A stretch of DNA of 64,000 nt from Klebsormidium nitens. Its lineage: Eukaryota; Plantae; Klebsormidiophyceae. Under the pieces are notes generated by a model that was not told the origin of the DNA, ran no database searches, and saw nothing but the letters and a program-made list of their open reading frames with translations. A program made the position numbers and the translations under genes. Each line of letters opens with the position of its first letter. The first letter of the stretch is position 1. Below, in pieces: positions 11,925-22,849 of this stretch. The DNA is taken from assembly GCA_000708835.1 (NCBI GenBank), contig DF237244.1:1-64000 (forward strand), read 5' to 3'.

Positions 11925-14900
11925 ATGACTGCTCCGCATAGGGTGGGCAAATATGATGTCTTCATCAGCCACTGCGGCAAGGACTGCAAGAAAGGCTTTG
12001 CGGACCTGCTCAGGGATGACCTTGAGCGGGCTGGGGTTCTGTGCTTCTTTGATGAGCACAGCCTGGAGGTGGGTGATGCTGCCCCAGCAGAGATGCTGAA
12101 GGCCATGGAAGAGGCCACGTATGGGGTCGTTATCCTATCCCCAGGCTTTTGGGAGAGGGAGTGGTGCATGAAGGAACTGGAGACCTTCGTGCGGAGGGGG
12201 AGGTTTGTGCCGGTCTTCTACGAGGGCTTCCAAGCAGTCAGTGCGGCAGCAGAGGCGGCGATGGCAAAACGAGTGTGGAGGGGCTTTCAGCAGTCCAAGT
12301 GGGATGAGGAAGCATATCGGCGGTTGGCCCAAGAAAGCGCCAGCTTCACTGGGATCAGGCTGGAAGAAGAGAGCTGGTGGCTCTCATGTATCCGCAGGGT
12401 CAGGTACGAGGTGCTGAGACTCCTTGGCAAGGTGGGGGGTGGCATTCAGATTTCGGAGGATGAGCTGTTGGTGGGGCAGAAGGAGCATCTGAGGGAGCTT
12501 AAGAGGCTGCTGGGGTTGTCTCAGGAGGGGGTAGCAGGCACCGGTGGAACCCAAGCGGCGGGAGAGGTAGGAATAGTGGGTGTGAAGGGCATGGGCGGGG
12601 TCGGCAAGACTACCATGGCGAAAAAGTTGTACGACGAGCCTGACGTGCGTGAGTGGTTCGCTGGGAACATCTGCTGGTTGAAGGTGGGCCCGAAGCCCAG
12701 CGATGACAAGATCCGGACCTCCAAAGGCAGATCCTCAAGCAGTTGGGCAATGTCGACGAGGATCCTGGGAATCCCGATCGGGGCAGGGAACTGATCCGTC
12801 AAAGGCTTAACGGAAAACGAGTTCTAATCTGCCTGGACGACGTATGGGAGACGGTGTGTATCGAGACCGCGGTCGTCAACGTCAGCGACCTCGCTCTAGG
12901 CAGCCGCATTCTGAAGACGTCCCGGAAGAAGGAGAGCATCGGGGGCCATGTCCACGATCTGGACTCGCTGGATCCGGAACCTGCCTGGGAGCTGTTTTGC
13001 TGGCACGCGTTTGGGGGTAAGATGCCACCGGAGGGTCTCGCCGAGCTGGCGAAGAAGGCGGCAGCGAGGTGCGGAGGTCTGCCTCTGGCCATCAGGGTGC
13101 TGGGCAGGCAGGTGGCCGAGGCGGGGGACAAGAAGAAGCGGCTTGAGGACTTCATTGCCCTTCCCCGCGATGACGACGCCATGATCGACTGCCGAAATAT
13201 AATCAGAACAAGCTATGACAACCTGCCCGTTGAGCCGCGAGGTCTAGGGGACGTCTTCATCCTCGTCGCTGGCGTGTGGCCTCGGAATCCCGAGTTCATG
13301 CAGCATCAGAGAGCCGTCGAGAACTTGGGGGCGGCAGTGTATGGGGACGAGCCTAGAAGCACAAGGTTTAAACTGGCTAGCAAAGCGCTGGAAAAGCTCA
13401 ACAGCCTCTCGCTCGTTGGGCTGAAGGTAAAGGCTTTCGGTTATAGGGGAGACGTCTCGGGAGGCGTCTCGCTTACAGTTCATGATCTAATAGTCGATGT
13501 CGCGGATGGGCTGATTGAAAGGGGGGCCGCAGAGTCTGAACGATTCTACCGTCAGCCTGGGGACAATAGCACGTCAACGCTTCCGCAGCATACAAGCAAA
13601 ATTGAGCATATTTCACTTCATTCGGGTACTATATCCGTCCATCGGGTCAGCGCTGCTCGTTCTATCATCCTCAATAAGGGCTCGCAATTATTGGTCCGTT
13701 CTTGGCACAGGTTGCCTAGCGCATGTAGACTCCTCGTCATCGAGACGGCACAAGTGAACGGGTTTCAAAACCTTCTCGACATCCAGTGTCTGCGAGTACA
13801 AAGGCAGCAAAGCCTGCCAAAGTCGGTGGGGCTGCTGACGGGGCTCACGACCCTGGAACTGAACTTTTGCCGGCTACAGAGCCTGCCGGAGTCGCTCGGG
13901 CGGCTGACGGGGCTGACGAGCCTGAATTTGCGATGGTGCAACAAGCTGCGGAGCCTGCCGGAGTCGGTCGGGCGCTGACGGGGCTGACGAGCCTGGACCT
14001 GCGAGTGCGGGCGCTGCAGAGCCTGCCGGAGTCGGTCGGGGCGCTGACGGGGCTCACGAGCCTGGACCTGCACATTTGCGGGGCGCTAGCGAGCCTGCCG
14101 GAGTCGGTCGGGGCGCTGACGGGGCTGACGAGCCTGGACCTGAACGACTGCCAAGCGCTTCAGGGAGCAAGTCAATATTGGTGGGCCGCAGCAAAAGGCG
14201 AAGCATGGGCGCAGGTCAACCTGGGCGCGTGCTTCTACCACGGCACGTGGGTGGAGAAGGACGAGGCGCGCGCCGCCGAGCTGTACGCGAAGGCCGCCGA
14301 GCAGGGCGACGCGGAGGCGCAGTGCAGACTGGGTAACTGTTATGCAAGAGGCAGGGGCGTCGAGAAGGACGGGGCAATAGCGGTAAAGTGGATGCGAACG
14401 GCTGCTGAGCAGGGGGACCCGGCCATGGTGGCAAATTTGGCGGAGGTTTTGATGGAGGGTCTGGGAGGTGCACCGAATTGGGTCGAGGCGCTGCGACTGT
14501 TCGAGTCGTCATTGAATATATGTGCACCTTCGAAGGTCACATCAGCTTGGATGCTCTGGGGTGGTCGGAATGGAGTTCGACAGGACAGGCTCAAGGCCAA
14601 GACGATGTGCGAGGAGGTCCTGACGACAGAGGATCTGGACGACCAACTCAAGGGTTGGGAAGCAGTCGGCTGGACTTGGCCTGCTGCATTGGAGTGGTTC
14701 CGAGGCGAAGCTTGGCGCGCTGACGAACCGTCCGGCGAGGCCCTCGAGAGAGGCGAAGGCGACAGGGGACTGCATCAAGAAGCAGACGAAAACGGAAGAG
14801 GATCCCTCCACCCTAGACCTGTGGACTTTGGAAAGGGCGCTCTGGCCGAACCATCTGGACGTGCCGAGAATGCGGGAGAGTCGCACGAAAACCCTGCTGC

Positions 14901-15072
14901 TGTGTTATCGAACACTGCACACTCGGGAGAAGCCCTGGGCCCCCGACGCCGGCCGACGTTCGTGATTCTGCAACACATTTCTACCACTGCCGGCATCGTT
15001 GCCATTGCTCTTGGCGTTGTAGCTATTGCCATTGCCGTAAGCGAGACACGCCGACGTTCGTTAAGATTGTGA
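11925..15072 (+). CDS. TIR-NB-ARC-LRR-Sel1-TM NLR-type protein (~1049 aa after repairing two 1-nt frameshifts)
   Basis: TIR (YDVFISHCGKD...WCMKEL); P-loop GMGGVGKTT; kinase-2 LICLDDVW; RNBS-B SRILKTSR; GGLPLA; VHD; 5 LRRs; ~4 Sel1 repeats; TM near the C-terminus. Frameshifts at 12715-12716 and 13970-13972. Confidence 0.88.
13809..14160 (+). repeat. Five tandem 69-72-nt LRR-coding units
   Basis: Scaffold agcctgccggagtcggtcggggcgctgacggggctgacgagcctggacctg repeated with a variable middle. Confidence 0.9.
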
Positions 15073-15394
15073 CAAAAGTAGAACCTTGAAGAGGAGATTT
15101 GTCGGACCTCTATTTTCTATATTATCGATTCCATAGCAACTTGGAGACCCATGACAAGAGTGGGGTATTGAAATCTCTGATGCGGGATCCTTGAAAATGC
15201 CCAAGATAGGATGCTGGAGAAAGAGCGCGGCCTGCAATCGCACATGACATGGTGTGCCATTGTTTTAATTCGGGAGTTACATTCGTCCATTTCATCGTAT
15301 TCAGAAGCCGTCATACATGAGCACATGCGTCGATCACTATTATATGGGCGCGAGGCTTAAGGAAGCGCATGCCACACCATCGTCAAACTTCACC

Positions 15395-16478
15395 ATGTCT
15401 CTCCTCGTCGGTGCCTGGCACCCTCCGAGTCCGGAAGGGTCTCCTCCTCGGAAGATCCACATCTCTGACTACGTTCGCGAAATGAAAGGGAACATCACCT
15501 GCGCTGCCTGTCCGGGGGCTTGATCGCCAAGAGAGGAGCTCTCAAGGTCCACCACTACGCTCACCAAGTAGCATGCACGGCCTATGTCGCGTCCACCGAG
15601 CCCATGACGTCTTGGCACGCCGCATGGCAGGAGATCTGCCTACCGCAACACGTCGAAATACCAGTAGAGGCGACCGTCGCCGGAAGGGAAGCACCGTCCG
15701 ATGCATCGCGGACATCCGCTGTGCGAACGGCACGGTCATCGAGGTCCAGCACAGCGCCATCTCGTCGACCGAGATGCTGAAGAGAGAGGCCGTGCACGAC
15801 GACATCATCTGGGTGGTGGACGCCAGAACACCGCGGTCGTGCAAGAGCGAGGAGTGCCGAGACGAGTCGTGCGACGGCCGTCACATACCGGTGGTGGAGC
15901 GAGTCGCGGGCGATCTGACCAACATGCCTCCAGCTCCTGCCACGTCAGAGTTCGCCATCTTCACCATCGAGGTCAGGGGCCTGAGCTTCCCGTTCGCATC
16001 GAATCGCACCGTGGTCTTCGACACCGCACAAGGCCTCTTCTCGCTGCGACGCCGTCTCGGCCGCAGGGCGTTCCTAGGTGCCAAGGTGGACTCGCGTCGG
16101 TTCTTCGAGACCTACTTCAGCCCCATCAGCGCCTCTTGTACGGACGAACTGGTCGCCCGATACGCAGCGACGTGCGTGGCGTCTGATCCGACCGGGGTCG
16201 AGAAAGCTCAATTCAAGAGATGGGGCTTTGTCTGGCAACCCGGCAAGTGCTCATGGCGGCCTGTAAGCACGCCCGTCGAGCGGGCACCGGAACCTCCACC
16301 GGAGGAAGAGTGCTTCAGAGCAGCACTGTCTCCTTCGGAACCGTCGCGGAACCTTGACGACGCGGAGAGAGGCCCGAGGCTCCACACCGAGCCTAAGAGC
16401 CCGATCACCTTCACCAAAGAAGACACTCCTTCGAGCGTAAACCCTCTACCGGCTGGCGCATCGGAAGATACGTACTAG
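15395..16478 (+). CDS. CoiA-like Zn-finger + PD-(D/E)xK nuclease (~361 aa after repairing two 1-nt frameshifts)
   Basis: CAACPGGLIAKRGALKVHHYAH..C..EPMTSWHAAWQ..E..RCIADIRCANGTVIEVQHSAIS..REAVHDDIIWVVD matches the CoiA pattern. Frameshifts at 15514-15518 and 15686-15688. Confidence 0.78.
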
Positions 16479-16589
16479 TCATGGGCGGCCACGGAAGTAA
16501 AAAAGGGGACCACATGGACGTCGATCTTTTTCGGCCACCACGAGTCTGCCCCTCCGTGTCCAATCTCAGCTCCTTGGGAATCGGAGACC

Positions 16590-16859
16590 ATGAAAAAGAT
16601 TTCCAAGGAGGTTTGGTTGGCACAAGCTATCAACCAGACCGCCCCGCGGACAGCGCAGCCTCAAGTCGACCGTGCGGAGTGGTGGAAGGGCGCAAGACCC
16701 GAAGATATGGAGAGTGCAAAAAGGAAGCGAACCGGCAACAAGGGGGCGTTACCCAGTAAGCGGTCGGCAATAGCCACCATACAAGACAAGGTGGCTTTCC
16801 TCAACCAGGAGAAACCGTACATACAGCGTGCAAGAGATCTAAGGCGGGCCAAGAAGTAG
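16590..16859 (+). CDS. Small basic hypothetical protein (89 aa)
   Basis: ATG-to-TAG ORF, Lys/Arg-rich (KRKR, RRAKK), between the nuclease and helicase genes. Confidence 0.35.
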   Translation: MKKISKEVWLAQAINQTAPRTAQPQVDRAEWWKGARPEDMESAKRKRTGNKGALPSKRSAIATIQDKVAFLNQEKPYIQRARDLRRAKK

Positions 16860-17583
16860 GTGTATCCATGTGAGGGGGTACCGCTTGAGCGCGGCTAGAA
16901 CGTCTAACTAATGTACATACTTACCAAGCCATCAAACTGCAATCCTATACCTGCTTGCTCGATATTCGGACGTGGACCACTAGCATGACATACTACAAGG
17001 ATGCATTCCAGCAATGGCTGTTTGCAAAGCCTGCGGAGTAACTGACTGCGTCTGTACTCATTTAGAAATATGTGAACAGTGGGTACAGAGTCAAGGAGAT
17101 GGATATGTGCAATGAGCATCAATCGAAGAAAGCTTTGTGTGCACTGGTGTTAAACCACATACACAAGCGGCCGGCGGACGATTGTTTTGATGACAAAACG
17201 ATCAAGTGTCCCAAGCTGATGAAATGGTAAGCATCGTTGTCACCAGAGCTTGCAAAGAGCATCACATCAGACGAGGACACACTGAGGGGCTGTCTTGCGT
17301 ATGACGACTTTTTCAAAGAGATTTGTTCGTGACAGCAACAACGGGACTGTAATGCAGAACAGGATCGCTTTGCTCCAGGACAGGCCATACATACAAAGCA
17401 AAAGACTTTGGAAATGGCAAATTGATGTTACCTATAATGTTGACGCATTTATACCGAGCCATAAAAAGACTCTTAACGCAATCATTAAGACCTTACTCAT
17501 GACAAAACTTACTGCAATTCTACTAATTCCCTTTTTGTAATTTCCCTGTAGCTCTACAACTCAACACCATGTGATCGACATAT

Positions 17584-20500
17584 CTAACGCGTATAGTCAC
17601 TCTGAATGCCCACGTACACCTGCGGCCTCTTCCCGTATTCATCCTCAGTCTCCCTCTTCTTCTTCCTGTACCCCTTGTCAGTCATCTGCTTCGTCAAAAC
17701 TTCAGCCGTTATGTCGCGGTCGGACGTAGCGTCCTTGTAATCCTTCAAGAAGGCCATCATAGGAGCCCTCAAGTCCTCTCCGATCGTGCAGTGGTCCTCG
17801 ATAAACTTCTGGAGCTTGTCATTGCTCGCCAGGTACTGATTCAGACTCGCCTGCATCGCATTGGGGGTTTCCCCAAGGCCGCCGCGAGCGTACCAGTCCA
17901 CAGCCCCCCTGACCAAGAACGAAAGAAACTGCTCCAATGATCCCCTCTCCGTCATTTTCGCCTTCAGAGTGAGATCAACCGGTCTGTGCCGAGCGTTTGT
18001 TGGATCAAGCCTCTCTTTGCGGACGTACAGGTTGGGAAAATTGACGTAGATCAGGCGGCGCAGCATAGCCTCCTCCTTGGTGTCACGGATGACTGGAGGG
18101 TGGTTAGTCATGACGATCGGCAGATTCGTGAGCTCGAACTCCTCTAACTGACCGTAAGGCACGCGGCTAGAGATTGTGCCACCCCTGTGACCGATTTTGC
18201 CGAACCTTTGTCAATCTCCTGCCTCTCGTCTGTTTCGTCCGTGATGGTGATGCGCTTGTCCTTCAAAGCTGACAGGTGAGGAGTGGCAGCACCCTTCGAA
18301 GCAGGCCGTTGACCGGCAGACGTCACTATAACGTCATTTGGCATGATGCCAAAGTACGGCCCCAGCAGCTTCTCCAGCATCTCCTTGACCACGCCCTTGC
18401 CGTTGCCTGCAGTAAAAAAACATGTCTCGTCTTGAGGAGTTTTACACCCTTATCGTTCCTGAATCTTTTTTGTCACCGTAAGAGCTCCACCTGCTTGAGA
18501 ATGTAGCACGCAGTAGAAAGTCAGCAGGCATTCGGGACGTAAGGCTGCACTCACCTCCTTTTCCGACAAAGAAGCACAGCTTCTCCTCTCGTGCTGAGCC
18601 GGTGATGCCATACCCAAGCAGCCGTTGGATGTAGTCGATGACGTCCCTGTCTCCGTTAAAGATGTCGTTGAAGAAGCTCTCCACGCTGGGTGCTGGGTAG
18701 TCAAGACCCTGAGCGCAGAACGAAAGCAGATTGAACTCATTTGATGCGTGAGTTGTTTATCCACACTGTCAGCCTTGTGCTCGAAGTCAGTAGCTAGCAA
18801 AAAAGCCATGCTGCCTATCAAAGTGCATCTGCTAAGATAGAAATGCACGATAATGAAGCAGACTTCTTCTCACCTTGTACGCTGTAGTGATAATCTCAGA
18901 GCACATGTACTGGGGGCGGTGGATGTCCAGCTCCCCAGTGCGCAGATCGACCACGCCGTTTTGTGTGTTGAGAATGTCCGGATCCCTGTTGAGCTCGCGC
19001 GCAAAGCCGTCCACGTGCATCTCGCCTGTCAGCACTTTCATCGTACTCTCTACGTCTTTAGAGTAGTTGTAATTCCTGAGCATCTTCTGCTTGCGTTTGA
19101 GACGCGTTATGATTTCCTTGTCACTCGTCCGAGCCATCTCCTCCTCGATCTGCGCATGCAGCCGGCCGTATACGGTGGACAGCTGCTCCATAACCACCAG
19201 GCGCACTCGGCTCTCAGACACGAGTCTAAACACTCTCCCATCCCACATGTACCAGCCTTGGTCTGAGTGCACTAGCCTGCAGAGACGAGTGAGAAAGGGT
19301 CAGACCAACACAGTAGAAGGAGGACAAAAGTGGCCAGTAGCAAAACATCGGCCAACCGAAGAAAGACACGTGGCACATAGGGAACCTGCAACCGGCGGAA
19401 ATCTGTGGGGATGCAGTACAACTTGCCTGAGGCACGGGTACATGTGCGTAAAGATCCGGCTACCGCCTCTGTCCCCCTGGAACGCCCAGTAGTCGACTAA
19501 GCTCTTCTCAAGCTTCTCGTACACGCTCTTGTCGTGAGTCGGATGCACAGCTTCCACAGTGGCGCCGACCATCCGGTCGCGGATAGTGAGCTCTCCGATC
19601 ACAGCCCGCGGGCGGCGCGCGCTGCACTCCGACGAGTTGCACACGTACTCCAGCCGGGTGCCCGTGAGCAGCACCGCGAAGTTGTTAGAACCACGATGAC
19701 GAGCCCCGTACGGGCACGTGCGCTCTCCGTCCACCCGGAACACGAACAGGTTCCCCTTCTTGCGGTCAAAGCGAGAGGTGACGTCCCCATGAGCAGCCAA
19801 ATGCTCCTTGATGCGAGCCAGCACCGCATCGTCCGATCGGTTCAGCGGCTCGCGTAGCCCCTCCATCTCCGTCGGAGCTCGTACGGTCCTGCACAGCAAA
19901 TCCAACAATTACCTAACGATGCGAGAAGACAGCCCTTGACCACTAGGGGCTGCCCAAAAAGGACTAGCAAACGACCTCCTGTCCTCCATGTCAACAATCG
20001 TTCCCGACAATCTGGCCGGACACTTTTCACCCATGCCTCCTAGGATCAGCCCATACGTCTCCGTCTGCGAAATAGATCACCTCACTTGTGTTTGTCTGGA
20101 GGAGGACAGAAGGACAACTAGTGGTTTCATGAATCTAAACCGGAGATTGCCTGGTGTCCTCGGCTGTCCTTGGCCGTCCCAAGCGACACAAGAGGGATTC
20201 GAAAAATGCAGAATCCCCAGTCGATCGATCATGCATGGTCTCACCCAAGGTGCCTCTGGACGAAAGGCTGAGCCTTGGCCGCCACGTACGCACGGGCAGC
20301 CCCCAGGTCGATCTTCTGAAGCGCGCTACTCCGGCGCATGTCGTACACGCCGACCAGGTGATCGCACAGCTTGGGAGAGCTTCCTTCGGCAGGGACGAGC
20401 GGCCTGCCAGAACCCTTCTTGCAAGAACCGAGCATGCGGAAGCAGCGGAACTTGGTGTAAACCCCGCTGTCCCATATCCGCTCGCTCTTTCCATTGCGCT

Positions 20501-22498
20501 CGTAGTCTAGGAACAGGACGCTCTCTGCGAGCTCGCAAGAGGGAGGATTCCGGAGGAAGGCCTCAAAGGACTCCTTGAAGAGCGTGCGCTCCTCGTGATT
20601 CTCCAAGTAGAACCCTTCCAGCACCTCGTGTGCGCTGTGCTTGTACCCACCCTTGGACGCTCCGTGCGCCGTGCTGGTCTGGAAGGACAGGCGGAGGGCC
20701 GATATGCCCAGGACCTGCGTGAGAAAGGCCGCCCGGAGTTCGGCGAATCGAGAGAGGCGCTCTGCGAAGCCTTCGTCGTCCCGCTCCGCAACCGAGTACT
20801 CTATGTCGAAGTAAAGGCGGGTGGGCAGATCCGGGTGCAGCACCTCGTACATTGTCCGCTCGACCGCGTACTCCGCCAGGTGCTCGTCGTACTCCTGCAG
20901 CGTGTCCACGTCGGCGAAGGTGGTGTACCTCTTGGTGGCAGTGTCATCCCGGACGTCGCCGGCTGCCAGGATCTGATGGCCTTGCGCCAGCATGTACGCA
21001 AAGGCCCGCCCCTGAGGGCCAGCCCCCGTTGCCTCACAGGGCCTAGCGAACCAGTGCGTGCCTTGATCGGTCGCGTCGGGGACGACCTGCAGCGAGCAGG
21101 CCAATCAGGACGCGACACGTGGTAACGGGAAGAGCGCGCTCTGGCGGCAGGGGAAGCCAGAAGGACGGCGCGGGGCAGCTAGGGTTGCCAAAACGCACTC
21201 GCGAACCACCTCCTGTCCTCCATGTCAACGAAGAATCCCAACATTCCGGCCGGACGATCTTCGACCATTCCACCCAGGATCCAGACCATCCCACCTGAGA
21301 TGCACCATACCACCCTGACTGTAAAAACCACAACCTTACTTTTGTTGGTTTTCAGAAAGACAGAAGGACAGGTAGTGATTTTCTTAGTCTATTTCGGAAA
21401 TGGCTGACGGCCTCGGTCGTCCATGGGCGTCCCGAGGCTTTCGTACCAGGTGCCTGTGGTGGAAGACAGTCCGATCCGGTGACTTGCTCCTCATTTTTCG
21501 GTTCAACTTGTGGATCCCTAGCCGACACTGACCTGAGACGGGTGGCCCTCCGCTGCAACCTGATCGCGCGAGGTGGCCTCGGTGGGTTCTCCTGCAGCGC
21601 TCTCGGAGGGCGTCCTGAGGCACGACAGGTGCTTCGCGAGCAGCCCCATCTGGGCATCCGACTCCTCTTCGGCATGAGCCCTGTCGGCTGCTGCGTGGCC
21701 GATGGCCCCTTCTCCGCCCCGCACGCTCCCGTCATCGAGGAACTCCCGGAGCGAGCCGGCCGACTCGACCTCCTCGGACCGGACCGACCCATTGTCCGAG
21801 AGCTGGACGTCCTCACCTCTTTCGTCGGAGTTCGCGTCGCTGCCAGAGCTCCCGCCCGCCTGCGCTGCGCCGTCATCATCTGTGCTCTTGCGCTTGACCC
21901 CTCTCCTCCGCTCGACACCGTTTAGGCCAGGGCTGACCTCGGACGTCCGGGCCTGCACGGCACGAGAGCCAATCAGAGGGCGCCACGTGGCGGGATACCA
22001 TGGGCTCGGTGCGGGCGGCCAGGAAGACGGCCCCCTGCAGCTGGGGTCGCCGGAAAGCACTCGCGATTCACCTCCTGTCCCCAACAAAGATTCCCAACAT
22101 ATCGGCCGGACGGTTTCCCAACATCCCCCCCGAGATCCATACCATCCCACCCGAGATGCACCCATATACCACCTTGACTATAAAAACCACAACCTTACTT
22201 TTGTTTGTTTTCAGGAAGACAGGAGGACAGGTAGTGATTCCCTTAATCAATTTCGAAAATGGCTGACGGCATCCGCCGTCCATGGCCGTCCCGGGCTCTG
22301 ATTGACAACTTCGCAGGCCATTCTCTAGCGAGCGGGCGTCAGAGCCGAAAAGCCTATGCTGGAAGGATTTTGCCTGCACCTTACCTGAGGTGGTGATTGG
22401 TCCCCATCGGCAGCCTGGTCATCGTCCCCATGCTGGTCCGAGAAGGTGGGGGCGGCAGGTGAAGGATCCTGCGAAGTGCGGGCCTCGGACGTTCGGGA
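17584..22498 (-). CDS. Intron-containing PrimPol-type AEP primase-Zn finger-D5/SF3 helicase (NCLDV/Polinton-like); first exon unresolved
   Basis: Phase-consistent exons 22498-22385, 21952-21533, 21086-20245, 19888-19427, 19276-18874, 18708-18555, 18406-17584. AEP motifs LYFDIE, KHSAH, WDSGVYTKFRCFRMLGSCK; Zn finger CPYGARHRGSNN..C..C; D5_N LNTQNGVVDLRTGEL; Walker A GKGGNGKG split by an intron; Walker B ITITDE; motif C MTNHPP; Arg finger AMLRRL; 1-nt frameshift at 18182-18185. Confidence 0.9.
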
Positions 22499-22849
22499 CT
22501 GCAGGGCACCGCAGCAATCAGAGAACGACACGTGGCAGGATCGTACGGGCTAGGTTTTAAACGGCCAGGAGGACGGCTTCCAGCACCTGGGGTAGCCGAA
22601 AAGCACTCGCGAACCACCTCCTGTCCTCCACGTCAACGGAGAAAACCAACATTTCGGTGGAACGGTTTCCCACCATTCCACCCAGAATCCGGACCATCCT
22701 ACTGAGTTGCAACCCCCATACCATCTTGTCTGTCAAAAACACCATACTACTTTTGTTTGTTTTCAGGAGGACAGAAGGACAGCTATTGGTTCCGTGAATG
22801 AAAAGTTAGAACGCCAGTGTCTACGGCATGTCTTTTGCCGTCCATGGCA
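19961..22849. repeat. Four copies of a ~230-250-bp intronic repeat (19961-20184, 21195-21437, 22057-22296, 22603-22849)
   Basis: Shared collinear blocks: cacctcctgtcc; (c)ttactttt(g)tt(t/g)gttttcagg/aa..gacag(a/g)aggaca; gtcc(a/t)tggccgtccc. The 19961 copy is the most diverged. Confidence 0.88.

Noticed and set aside
12715-13972. Programmed ribosomal frameshifting or RNA editing in the NLR
   Set aside because: No heptamer slippery site seen; the same single-G loss in three genes is better explained by homopolymer error
13786-13975. N-terminus of the 428-aa ORF-track entry (MSASTKAAKP...)
   Set aside because: Off-frame reading of the LRR units; the true frame enters only after the frameshift at 13970-13972
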